DNA from: Octopus bimaculoides
Lineage: Eukaryota
Reading direction: 5' to 3'
NCBI RefSeq assembly: GCF_001194135.2
Contig: NC_068992.1
Location: 17,867,834 to 17,931,833 of the forward strand
DNA: 64,000 nt
Below the pieces are notes generated by a model, which worked only from the letters and a program-made list of their open reading frames with translations, did not search any database and was not told where the DNA came from. A program made the position numbers and the translations under genes. How positions within the stretch are numbered: the first letter of the stretch is position 1; every line of letters begins with the position of its first letter. Positions 39,226 to 51,697 of the stretch are shown piece after piece.

Positions 39226-39549
39226 CATGTGACACGTATACACATTCGAAAGACACATATACATCTGCAACTTTCTTAACAGACATAGAAGAAATGAAGA
39301 AAACAATATCGATCATCAACGTGTTTGGTGCGCTCATACATTGCGTATTTGTCTAGCAGATACAAACAACAATAAAGGAACTCAAACTGCATTCGATCTA
39401 TCATGGATTATGTCAGTTCTACCAAGAATCGTGATTTGTTCCCAGCATGCCTGAATAAAATACAAGGTACATACAACAGTGCATAACGCTTGAGCTGTGT
39501 TTGTTGTTCACAACAGTTTGACGATCAGTGGAGGTTTGTTTACGTTCTC

Positions 39550-39710
39550 GTGAACTAGCACCTCGGCAAAAGAGTTGGATAAAATAAATACGAAGCTAAA
39601 AAAATTAAGTACTGGAGTCGATTTGTTCGACAAAACTCTTCAAGACAAGAAGTGCCCCAGCATAGCCACAGGCTAATGACTGAAACAAGTAACAGAAAAT
39701 AAAAACAAAA
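39550..39710 (+). mobile_element. SINE family C 3' part
   Basis: ggagtcgatttgttcgac...gtgccccagcat...tgactgaaacaagtaacagaa. Confidence 0.7.
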
Positions 39711-39880
39711 CAGAAGAAATAGTAACTGATTTTCTACTTGAGTCAGGGAAGTTCACAATAGGAATAATGCTATGGTGAGAGGGAAGTTTTGAGGTTTAGG
39801 ATAAACATCGGAATTCTATATCATTCGCGCCACACAGTCTCCATCTTAAAGAGGAAGCTAGCAGTTTATTGAACCTAATA

Positions 39881-40105
39881 CAGTAATCCCTCGACTATCG
39901 CGGGTGTTACCTTGCAACCCCACCCCGCGATAGGCAGATATCCTCGAAGTAGAAACACTACTGTACTGTATATTTTTAAAAAATTATTTTTATAATTTGT
40001 ATATATTTATTTTATTATAAATGCAAACCTACACCACGTTGGAATCGAGGTAAGCTTAAATAACAAAACGTGATAGATGAGCCGCAATAAGGCGAGAGAT
40101 TACTA
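39881..40105 (+). mobile_element. Tc1/mariner (pogo/Tigger-type) MITE
   Basis: TIR CAGTAATCCCTCG / cgagagattacta, TA on both flanks. Confidence 0.75.
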
Positions 40106-40323
40106 TATTGTCAATGCTAATCCAGGAATCTTCCCTAATTCTATCATTTCATTTCGATGTATTTGGATATTCGGTTTCATTTAACTCCTCTAACTCTGTT
40201 ATAAAAATTGATATCACAAGAATACAATGCCGATTCAAGAGACTATCTTAACCCTAACAATTTTTCCATCTTGCGCTAATGTATTAATGTTCCATTCCCA
40301 GTCAACGTTCCGTTCATTTTCAT

Positions 40324-40362
40324 TTTAACTGACGAAGGGCCATGTTAATCGAAACATTAAAC
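40324..40362 (+). ncRNA. Heavily decayed hammerhead-like core
   Basis: CTGACGA A G...C GAAAC aTT; stems poorly paired. Confidence 0.25.
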
Positions 40363-40507
40363 GTTATTCCCTTCACTTGAAAAATCCTCACATTTTGTTT
40401 TCTTGTGTATGTTCGCTTTATCCATTTGTTTTCAGTTTTCAATTCAACAATAAAGAACAAAAGGGAGGTAACTTACCGGCGAACTCTGTACAAAAATTTT
40501 TAGACTA

Positions 40508-40645
40508 CAGTAATCCCTTGCTATAGCGCGGTTCACCTATCGCGGTTTATTATTTAAGATTACGTCGATGGTTTCTGCTTCGCGGATTTTCACCTATCGT
40601 GGGGCGTTTTGGAATGTAACACCCGCGATAGTCGAGGGATTACTG
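40508..40645 (-). mobile_element. Second, shorter MITE of the same family in inverted orientation
   Basis: Ends in gtaacacccgcgatagtcgagggattactg, the exact reverse complement of 39881-39910. Confidence 0.8.
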
Positions 40646-41719
40646 CATATCTTTTGTTTAGCTGCAGTAATATACTTAAGGGAGGTAAACTACAAGCGAG
40701 TACTGAGCAACTTTTCGTTGTATGTGTATCTTTTATTTAACGGCATTCATATACTTTCGGAAGGCATGAATGACATATAATCTCATTTTTCCACATAGCA
40801 GCTGCAACAATATTTGTCACTTTGAAACAAATCAATATCGCAATGTCAGCTAACGTCATCGATTGATTTTAGTTCGAAGAATCTGTCTAATATTTATGAA
40901 TTTTGGTAAATCCTTTTGAAATATAAAATTTCTTCCTGTTTGTTTTGAAGAATTTCCACTAATAGTATGAACAGTGAAACAAAAAAAGTAAACAAACAAA
41001 AAAAAAAAATGAAAAACGCGTAGATTTGCTTCTCCTTTTAAAAGCGTAATGGAGGCGGTGATTCCTGAATTGAGGTGAGGAGGATGCAAGCCTAACTTTT
41101 ATCTTTAAATCTATATTTCTGCTGAGTTGATGCAAATAAATATCAACAACCAATGAAAGAAAATAACTTTTCTTCTTTTTCTATTTGAATATATTTTCGC
41201 AGAAATATTAAAAATGTATTTTGTACGGAGATTTAGGAAAGATTCTCCCATTTTGAAATTCTCAACTGGCGGAATGGAAATTTCTGTGACACTAATAGAT
41301 GTTGAAACAAAAACTCTAGGGGTAGTAATCTACACTTGAAAACTTCTTTCCAAGTTTTGTTCTATTGCAGTGTCTCTGGTTTATGTTTCAATAACATGAA
41401 CATACAAACATAAATGTACAAATAAACATTTGTAATTGTGTATATTTAGGTGTGTATTTGTGTGTAAACGTTCCTATTTGGGTACTTGTATCCTTGTGTT
41501 GTGTTTTTATTCAGTATTCACGGAACTAAAATAGAATGGTTTGTGTAATACATCACAGAATAACTAGCGTAGAAATGTCCGTCGCAACACGTGTAGTGTT
41601 GTGTACTGTTTACTAGGTGTATTTTAGCTGCTTAAATTCAAAATACAGTACAGTAGTTAGTATAACAGTGATTGCAGTGATTTCTGTAATCACATACATG
41701 TAGGCTGGTACATTGAAAG

Positions 41720-41870
41720 AACCAGTAGAACCTCTGATGAAACACATTAGGGTATTCAGTTATATTCATTTACGTTCAGAGTTCAAATCATGCTCAAGTC
41801 AACTTTGACTTTCATCCAATCAAGATTCGATAAAATAAGAACCAATCAAACATCAGGGAAAATTTAATCA
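41720..41870 (+). mobile_element. SINE family B, degenerate
   Basis: tacgttcagagttcaaatc...gtcaactttgactttcatcc..ttcgataaaataag. Confidence 0.7.
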
Positions 41871-42848
41871 ATTGTTTCCACCTTCCAATATGTGTGTGTC
41901 TGTATGGTAATTTCAGAAATCAATATTCTTAAGCATGTGGAGATTAATTCATATATCAATATTGCAACTTATTGCAACAATTTCAATAGATCTCCATTAA
42001 TTATCCCATTTATTCTTTCCATGCAAGTTTGGTTCATATATCTGGCAATGTAAGCAAAGACATTTGTCAAGCCATGTAAATATTTTCTGTTAAAACGTCT
42101 TTTTTATGTAATTCAAGATTTTTTTATTCAGCGTTCTCTTTAATCTACTTTCGTAGACGTATATCCTCTGTCAAAACACGGATAATTTTTATCTTGAGAA
42201 AAACTTACTTAGTCTATGTTTTCGTCTGTCTTTTCAATATTCTTATCTCTATTTGTATGTAATTATCACTGCTGGAGGCTGAGTCCTAGACAGGAAAAAG
42301 CTATAAAATTAGATACAATTATACCACAATAATGCTCTTTATAAAATGGCAAGTTCTAACAGGGAGGATCGTAACAGAAAGATAAAGATACAAAAATATT
42401 CAGACATACATTAACATTTAGTTGTCAGACAAGAGTGGATAACACATTTGGTTGAGTCCAATCAAATGCGTTGGAACATTTAGTTGTATGTTTTTAGGGT
42501 CTGGGTTCAAATCGCTAAGATAAATTCTAATCGAGAACTAGGGTTGTTTTTACAAACTAGGGTTTACCTTAAAATGTTTGGGTTTACACCAAAGTTTTAA
42601 AATCCATAAAGAAAAAAGGTCGACTCTAAGGTATCTAAAGAGGCGACAATCAGACATTTTAGAATTTTCGATAAATGGAATATATTCCAGCCTTGTGGAA
42701 ATAAGTGATTTTGATGTTTTGAGCAAGGCTCTTCTTCTTTCAAAGAAATGATTCTTCTTGAAGAATTCACATCACCTTGTGACGCATAATCTCATGAAGT
42801 TTAACTAAATCAAAGCGTTGAAACTAGAACATGAAAAGGAGACATCTC

Positions 42849-43367
42849 TCACCTTCTAGTCTATATATTACATTATTCCAATGTTGTTGTGTTGTATCGA
42901 GATATTTATTTGCTACATCTGTTTAACCATAACTATGTTCATGAACTATGTTGATGAAGATTTTATCATTGCAGTAAATATTTGTAGAGATAACGTATGC
43001 ACGCTCGTTAGAGCTTATAAAAATTTACACAACCTGGATTAATTTAGAAACATCTTCCTTTGGATTGAACACTTGAATACTAGATCAACATGTCACCTTC
43101 TAGTTTATATATTACATTATTCCAATGTTGTTGTGTTGTATCGAGATATTTATTTGCTACATCTGTTTAACCATAACTATGTTCATGAACTATGTTGATG
43201 AAGATTTTATCATTGCAGTAAATATTTGTAGAGATAACGTATGCACGCTCGTTAGAGCTTATAAAAATTTACACAACCTGGATTAATTTAGAAACATCTT
43301 CCTTTGGATTGAACACTTGAATACTAGATCAACATGTCACCTTCTAGTTTATATATTACATTATTCC
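42849..43367. repeat. 244-bp tandem repeat, at least 2.1 near-identical copies running into a gap
   Basis: tcaccttctag recurs at 42849, 43093 and 43337. Confidence 0.92.
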
Positions 43368-43772
43368 NNNNNNNNNNNNNNNNNNNNNNNNNNNNNNNNN
43401 NNNNNNNNNNNNNNNNNNNNNNNNNNNNNNNNNNNNNNNNNNNNNNNNNNNNNNNNNNNNNNNNNNNNNNNNNNNNNNNNNNNNNNNNNNNNNNNNNNNN
43501 NNNNNNNNNNNNNNNNNNNNNNNNNNNNNNNNNNNNNNNNNNNNNNNNNNNNNNNNNNNNNNNNNNNNNNNNNNNNNNNNNNNNNNNNNNNNNNNNNNNN
43601 NNNNNNNNNNNNNNNNNNNNNNNNNNNNNNNNNNNNNNNNNNNNNNNNNNNNNNNNNNNNNNNNNNNNNNNNNNNNNNNNNNNNNNNNNNNNNNNNNNNN
43701 NNNNNNNNNNNNNNNNNNNNNNNNNNNNNNNNNNNNNNNNNNNNNNNNNNNNNNNNNNNNNNNNNNNNNNNN

Positions 43773-43803
<31 letters not shown>

Positions 43804-43820
43804 GTGTGTATCTATCTATC

Positions 43821-43886
<66 letters not shown>

Positions 43887-46461
43887 GTTATCTATCTATC
43901 AGCCTGTCTGTCTGTATGTGTGATATTGACACAACGTTTCACTCAGTATTACAACCAACTTTTCCCTGGAGATAATTCTAAGTTACATGAGAGATTGGAG
44001 CTAAAACTTTTGTATAACCCACCCCCGCGAGTCTGGTTAATTGTTCCAAAGACAACTCGCTTTCTAACTTTAAGGGTGTTTAAACGTAAGGTATAAAGTT
44101 TTTGTCTGTCTCTGTATGTTATATTTGTCGGATTCATGTCGATAATTGTTTTAACAGAGAGTGAGAAGCATTTAAGCGCAATGGTTCAGGCCTGGTCACC
44201 ATAATATATATCCATTCAGCTGTGAGTGCCTAGATAACAGATGTAGGACTTCTACGTATTCATTCCATTAGAACACCATCAACGAAGAATCTGTCAAAAT
44301 GAGCAGATAAAATACTTAGACTATACTATCTACCCGTTAACTTATATCGACTTTTTTCCTCGGTGTTTTGTATATCTCTCACCGCCCTATANNNNNNNNN
44401 NTTCCTCTTTATCTATACATTATTTATATAATATTACTAGAATATTAAAGCACCCAGGTACAATTACCTTCCTTGCTCTTTTAGCTCCAAATTTATCGCG
44501 GTGGAAGTTAGAATATGCATGTTTATATAGAATCAATTAACTTGTCTTCTCCATGATTGTGAATAAATGTAACGAGTAAAACTGTCTATCATTTGAAACT
44601 TGATGGATATGTAAATTCGAGAGGTCCAAACGTACGTAACGCGATTTATGCAGATACGGTTATATCGAATAAGAAATGTCGTGAAATAACTGAGAAAAGT
44701 GCGAAAGGATCACCGAACGGAGAGGAGGCTAATACAAAGGCAGAATAACTTAAAACATTAGGGTTTTTTTTTTCACCAATGATCGTAATATCAAAAATGT
44801 TAAATAACTAAGCGTCGATATTTACAGAAAATTATATTATCAGATTTTATTGAAACTATAGGAAAACATAATTTCGTAAAGCTAGCGACTTTCTTAACGA
44901 CAAACAATGAGTTTGAAATATGAAATTAATTTAAAGTAATAGAATTGTATATTTTTGTACATAATCAAATAATTTGAGTAATTAGGGAACGCAATGTCTG
45001 TATGGCTACGTAATACTTTGTAAAACTTTTTCCCACACACTTCATTGAAAGTGTTAAATATCCAAGCGCTAAAATTCTACTGACTACACTAAGCTAGACT
45101 AAGTTGTCAGCTAGAAGCAATGTCTAAGATACTATTTACGTCGGCATTAAAATATGTTCTATTTCAATGTCTACAGCTGCAGCTGCTTGGTTTGATGTAA
45201 TAGATATATCATATTTTTATTTTATAACTTCTGTAACTTTACAAACTATTATATATATATCATATGAAAGAGAAATTCAAAACTGGATGATAGAATGTCT
45301 GATCCTAATTGTGACTACACCAAAAAGAGAAGGAATATATTACAGACTGTATGCAATAAAAAGGAAAATTTAAAGAATATGACTGCTGCGAATATATATA
45401 TATATCAAGAAATGATGCCCGCAGAATGAAATCAGCCGTGGCAACAGTTTTCTCTTTTCTCTACGGCTGTTTCCCTGCGCAAAAATTTCATTAATAGAGT
45501 GCACATGACTTTCTCTCATCAATGGTACCATAAGTGCAGGGTGCAATGTTTAAAATATTGTATTAAAAGCAGAAATATTTACAGCAGAGCGTTTTGTATA
45601 ACATTACATTAAGTTGATTTGGGTAAGGAGAGAAAAGTAACCACTCGAACACTTGTTTAAAGAGAAACAATATAGAGGCTAAAACTAAAAAAAAAAAAAA
45701 TATTAAAAAGGGACTTTCTTATTATCGATTGCCATTTCTTTTTTTATTTAGTGATTGGATTTCTAAATAAACTTCGTGTGAGAGATTTAATGGTTGATCA
45801 GATAACTTTCGGAATATCTATCACTACCTCAAGGGGAAGGAAAAGAGATAGAAATTGAATGATTCTTTCCTTCTGTGAAACAATTCTGTATCGAACACAT
45901 TTAATAATTTTACATTTTTGCCCTTCAAATCCATGCCCTTTTCCATAAAGGTTTATTTGAATTTTCTACATGAAATAGTGATAGGTATTCGAAATTGCGC
46001 CCGATTTACGATTACACATGTCTCAAGAATGAAATACTTTACTTACTAATCCATTATTAAATAAAGCAAAAATTGTCTGTGGAAAATAGGAAAGATCTGA
46101 TTTAGATGAAGTCGTAAGTAAAGAACTAATAAAAATATCATGAATAATACTGGCGGTAGTTCCACTGCTGTGGGAGGAGGGTAAAATATTGTAGCTACAC
46201 TGCGTAGCTGTTATTCACAATGTCTTTTGTGGTCTTTACAACAACAACAGCAACAGCAATAATAATAATAATGTGCCTGGTGCAGCCTTATCAGACGGAT
46301 AGTCATGGTGGGATACTGGGGTTCGTATATTTTACCCCAGTGTCACTTTTATGGCATGCACTGCTTTCTCAGTCGATAATAATAATAATAATCATAATAA
46401 TAATAATAACAACCACAATATCATGTATGTATGTATAATGTATGTATGTATGTATGTATGT

Positions 46462-46526
<65 letters not shown>

Positions 46527-46550
46527 CACATATATGTACATATATATATA

Positions 46551-46897
46551 CTTAGGCAAGTGTCTTCTACTATAAGCTCTGGCCGACCAAAGCCTTGTGA
46601 GTAGATTTGGTAGACGGAAACTGAAAGAAGTCTATCGTATGCACACACATGCACACACCCGCCCATATATATGTATATATTTGTGTGTGTGTCTATGTCT
46701 GTCCCTAAACCATCGCTTGACAACCGATGTTGGTGCGTTTACGTCCCCACAGCTTAACAGTTCGTCAAATGAGACCGATAGAATATATACTAGTCTTACG
46801 AAGGATAAGTCCTGGGTTCGATTTGTTCGACTTAAGGCAGTACTCCAGCATGGCCGCAGTCAAATAATTGAAGCATGTAAAAGAATAAAAGAATAAA
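46551..46897 (+). mobile_element. SINE family C, tRNA head missing
   Basis: cttaggcaagtgtcttctac...tactccagcatggccgcagtcaaat...aaaagaataaaagaataaaag. Confidence 0.85.
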
Positions 46898-48719
46898 AGT
46901 ATATAGTGGTGTGTTTGAAGTGATGTACAGGTATTGTATATTAAGAGAAAGGAGGCAGTCAGAATTTTGGATAATTCTTTATTTTCAACGCTTTTATGTA
47001 TTCAGACATATAATAAGCACATACACNNNNNNNNNNTACACACACACGCGCACACACATACACACACACACGAACACACACACACACGCACACACACACA
47101 CACACATTCGGTTAACAAGTGACGGAAGATGGAAGATACGAGAATTTTTAGTAATCACTACAGTTGTTTCAACCAATCTAGCATCGATCCTTAACGGGTA
47201 AGATACTTAACGACTGTTTCAGGAGCATCCGACGGTGCAGATATGTTCTTTCGGGTGATAAATAGATACGACTCGTTAAAATAACAATTCCACCAAAGGC
47301 GGTGCCACAGCATGGCCGCAGTTTAATGATTGAAATAAGTAAAACATAAAAGATTAAAAAATATAGTGAGTAGCTTATTATAGCATAATATAAACAAATA
47401 TCCAGAGAATAAGCCAACAAGGATGGTTAATGGGTGAAGGCGGAAAGTAGAATCAGAGAAAATTGAGGCTTATATACGTGGCAGAGGTACAAAAGTACCA
47501 AGGCTGAAGATAAGACACTGTTCCTTTGTGTGTGGTTGTGAATAATATGATTTTAGACAAGAATGCATTTGATACTATATCTTATAGACATATATAACAC
47601 ATTGCATGTTAACTTTGAAAAAAAAACATTTCTTAAAATTACAAGTAAAGTTTATTGAAATAAAATTTTCCTCTCAAATTTGTGTGAATAATTTGATAAG
47701 CATTTTTACAAATTTATGCTCTCTAATCCTAGATGTAACAATTTTCTCTTTTAATGCCCACAGCTCTATCAGAGCATATACGTGTAATATATGTATATCT
47801 GTATCAATTTCATTGTGTCTAATACGCTATATCTATGTCTGCCTAGTTTTTTTTTGGTAAAAAACAAAAAAAAAACGAAGGTTAATAGACAGGCATAAAC
47901 ACTCACACATATAAATACACACATGCATGCACAAACACATAAATACATACCATACATCTATATGCACATACGTACACACAGCCAAACTCATACACATATA
48001 CACATATGCACAGACATACACACACACGCACACACACATATATCGTTCGAGTTGGAATTGTTTCCATGAAATATATCCTAAAGGCAATTCATATTTTTTG
48101 AAGTTATATATGTTTTAACCCAATCCTTGCATAATCGAGTTTTTGTGTTTATCCAGATTTTCTTCTTTATGTTACATTGAATCTAGTCCAAGCCTGCGTT
48201 TGCGTATTGGCCTCAGGCACTTTGTAATTTAATTTTTTTAAAAATTTTTACAAAACTCACCTCTGTTGTTCATAAATATTGAAAATGGGAAAAATGTTAC
48301 CAGAATCTTCTGGTTGATACTTAAAGTACATTTTCTCCTCTGAAGAAATACAGCAGCTTTTATTGTTACTGTTTCCGATGTATAGTCCAGAGGGGAGCCC
48401 TCACAGAGCGCAATTACACCTATGAATAAAAACGTTCCAGGCGTACCCTTCCCGTCATATTTCGTCAGCTAGTATATCATAGATTACATTATACAATGTG
48501 TCCTTCGTTTCTTTTTACTGCGAGAAGGTGTGGTTTTTAGCAGGTCGAGCGGATATGGGAGATATCGTTTCATTTAGAAGTGAGGTTTTAGAATTCTTCG
48601 ATGCAATTCAATACAGACTTTGATGCAGAGGTTTTTGAGATTCTCTTTGCTTGAGATATTCGGCTTTTATTTGTTGCTATTTTATTATTCCACGCGTGCT
48701 TTTATCTCGTAGAAGTATA

Positions 48720-48870
48720 ATCAAAGGGGTTCAAATAATGCCCTCCCCACTTGTATATATATGAAGGGCAACCTTATTGAAAGTGTACCTCATATATCTA
48801 AAACTGTAGGGAGTGACATTTAGTTGCTATTTCTAGTAGGTCGAGTGACTACATGATCCCCGCCTCATTA
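48720..48870 (+). repeat. Old interspersed repeat (shared tatttctagYaggtc motif)
   Basis: Motif also at 22611-22633 and partially at about 48535-48552. Confidence 0.4.
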
Positions 48871-49124
48871 ACTGTTGACGTTTTAGGAGGTAATAGCTGC
48901 AGAGTGTTTCAATCCACACTCTCAGTAGTAGGCCAATTTATGTGTCTTTATGTGGTCGGGCGCCTTGCTTGAAATAGCACTCACATCTCCTGCAAGCATA
49001 AACCTTACCAGTTTACATAGGAGTTTTGAATGAGATACTATAGCTTACGGTACATTAGGCCGGTTACAAGTAATAGGTGATGCAAATGAATACATCGGTT
49101 ATTAATTCATCGAGTATTTCAGAT

Positions 49125-49225
49125 AAACTATAGTAGAAGACACTTGCCCAAGGTGCCACACGGTGAGACTGAACCCGGAACCATGTGGTTGGGAAACAAG
49201 CTTCTTACCACACAACCACTCCTAT
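49125..49225 (-). mobile_element. SINE family C head
   Basis: gaagacacttgcccaaggtgccacacggtgagactgaacccggaaccatgtggttggg. Confidence 0.85.
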
Positions 49226-50199
49226 GCATATATATGTATATATCTTTATATATATATATATNNNNNNNNNNNNNNNNNNNNNNNNNNNNNNNNNNNNNNN
49301 NNNNNNNNNNNNNNNNNNNNNNNNNNNNNNNNNNNNNNNNNNNNNNNNNNNNNNNNNNNNNNNNNNNNNNNNNNNNNNNNNNNNNNNNNNNNNNNNNNNN
49401 NNNNNNNNNNNNNNNNNNNNNNNNNNNNNNNNNNNNNNNNNNNNNNNNNNNNNNNNNNNNNNNNNNNNNNNNNNNNNNNNNNNNNNNNNNNNNNNNNNNN
49501 NNNNNNNNNNNNNNNNNNNNNNNNNNNNNNNNNNNNNNNNNNNNNNNNNNNNNNNNNNNNNNNNNNNNNNNNNNNNNNNNNNNNNNNNNNNNNNNNNNNN
49601 NNNNNNNNNNNNNNNNNNNNNNNNNNNNNNNNNNNNNNNNNNNNNNNNNNNNNNNNNNNNNNNNNNNNNNNNNNNNNNNNNNNNNNNNNNNNNNNNNNNN
49701 NNNNNNNNNNNNNNNNNNNNNNNNNNATTATATGAACATTTTGTGTCCTTTTCTTATTCCGTGATTCCAAATTCAAGCATTATTCTATTTATTTAGCGAA
49801 GTTTGGAATGTAATCTCGGACATGTTTAGGTCTAATTAAACATCAACAGCGAAGTATAAAATTCACCCTATAAAGGAATTAGTACGAACAAATTGAAAGA
49901 ACATTTTCTTCTTAATGTGCTACCATTTAATATAAGGCAGTTAATTTCTTTAAAAAAAACCCCTCTAAAACACAGTAATTTTTGAAGTTCAGGGATTATA
50001 GAAGTTATCAAGAAGCATAACGTAAAGAGCAAATTTGATTATTCGTGATGAATTTAATGTTATCTGTTCATACATATAAATTGAATTACGATGCATTTCT
50101 TATATGGATTCCACGTTGTCAGCGATAAAAATAAGCCACTTCTTGCAAGATATTTATATCTGTAGTTTGTATTCGACTATGACTTGGTAACATATACTC

Positions 50200-50425
50200 T
50201 GCTTCCGCTAAATATTTCAGGTCCTTTGGTACTCCAAAGCGGTCATAGACTTCACGGCCATCCCAACCCTTAGCCCCACGGGAAATCGAGCATGTGACAG
50301 CTGGAGGGAGAATCTGGGTGTACAAGCTGCAGGTTGGTGCCCAATGAAGCGCACAGCTCGAGGACACAACGTGCCGTCTGGTCCGAGGATAGAACTCGTG
50401 ACCTTTCCGCTGTGATCTAAAGATA
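50200..50425 (-). mobile_element. Possible tRNA/CORE-like SINE, family E
   Basis: Minus strand: gagttctatcc B-box-like, gttgtgtcctcgagc CORE-like, distinct GC-rich tail. Confidence 0.45.
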
Positions 50426-50479
50426 TTAAATATTAAGTCATGTGCCTTGCATGACTTAATACACACACACACACACACA

Positions 50480-50855
50480 CATATTCTTTCACTTGTTTCA
50501 GTTATTTGACTACGGCCATGATGGAGCTCCACCTTGAATTCTTTAGTCAAACAAATCGACCTCAGCACTTTTCTTTTTAAGCCTAGTACTTATTCTATCA
50601 GCCTCTTTTGCTGAACCGTTAGCTTACGGGGACGTAAACATACCAACACCGATTATCAAGCGGTAATGGTGAGCCAAGCACAGATACAAAGACACACACA
50701 CACACTCACACACACGCATATATATTCGACGAGTTTCTTTCAATTTCTGTCTACCAAATCCACTCACAAGGCTTTGGTTGGCTCGAGGATATGGTAGAAC
50801 CCGGAACCATGTGGTTGGGAAGCAAGCTCCTTGCCACACAGCTACGCCTGTGCCT
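50480..50855 (-). mobile_element. SINE family C, near full length with internal deletion
   Basis: Head aggcacaggcgtagctgtgtgg through aagtgaaagaat tail. Confidence 0.85.
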
Positions 50856-50869
50856 GTAAAAGTATGTTA

Positions 50870-50901
50870 TGGAGATGCCGGGGATCGAACCCGGGGCTTT
50901 C

Positions 50902-50904
<3 letters not shown>
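50870..50904 (-). pseudogene. 3' half of a tRNA-Ala-like gene
   Basis: GTGGAAAGCCCCGGGTTCGATCCCCGGCATCTCCA: perfect T-arm CCGGG/CCCGG, acceptor 3' strand, A73, TTTT 8 nt downstream. Confidence 0.75.
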
Positions 50905-50952
<48 letters not shown>

Positions 50953-50953
<1 letters not shown>

Positions 50954-51290
50954 CAGAATGGGACAAAACATCCAGATAAAGGATACAAAAAAAACACGGA
51001 CAGGTCATTCGGAGTTTTCTTTCCTCAGTCGAGATCCAGATTATCCTTGCAATTTCGGCTTGTTATTCTCGATATTGCTCCAATCTGGCTAGTCCCAAGA
51101 AAAAACTAAGCTAAGAGCATTAGAATCCTTGGAAGAAAGCAGCGAATGTATACAAAAACAAGGAGGGCAAAAAAAATCGAGCAATGTTACACAAATACAA
51201 TAAAAATAATAACAGGACATAACAACAGATGTCTTTCGACTAAGGACGAATTAAATTAAGCTGGCGTGTGTGGAAATAAAGCCTTATAAA
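50953..51290 (-). mobile_element. Unclassified element ending at a (TA)n tract
   Basis: Non-repetitive about 340-bp block between (TA)n and (CA)n with internal hairpin CCAGATT..GCAAT/ATTGC..AATCTGG. Confidence 0.35.
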
Positions 51291-51635
51291 CACACACACG
51301 CACACATGCGCATATATATGACCGGTGCGGCCGGTTGAGTTGTATTTACTCCAGTCAGGTTTCATAGAACAACTCTATGATCAAATGCGTGCCAGTTTTT
51401 ATTATTCCGCCTGTTATTTTGATGATCCAGTGATGTTCCAGTGATACATAATCTAATGTATTCTCTCTTTTTGAGACGTTTGTGATTTGAGGAAGATCAT
51501 GCATTACCCTCTTGTAACAGAACAAGTGCAATGCATGAGGTTACTTTCTCAGGAATATTAGCTGCTTAAAAGAAGTGAAACGACGAAAGTTATGCACAGA
51601 ATAAATGTCACTTCCATCTATCTATCTCTCTTTCC

Positions 51636-51697
<62 letters not shown>

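Noticed and set aside
45421-45478. SECIS reading (ATGA...AA)
   Set aside because: No GA on the 3' strand to form the kink-turn quartet
48335-48400. CTGAAGA followed by a hairpin
   Set aside because: No GAAA after stem II
51030-51095. Twister or hammerhead reading of the hairpin
   Set aside because: Lacks the conserved UAA/pseudoknot residues and the CUGANGA core
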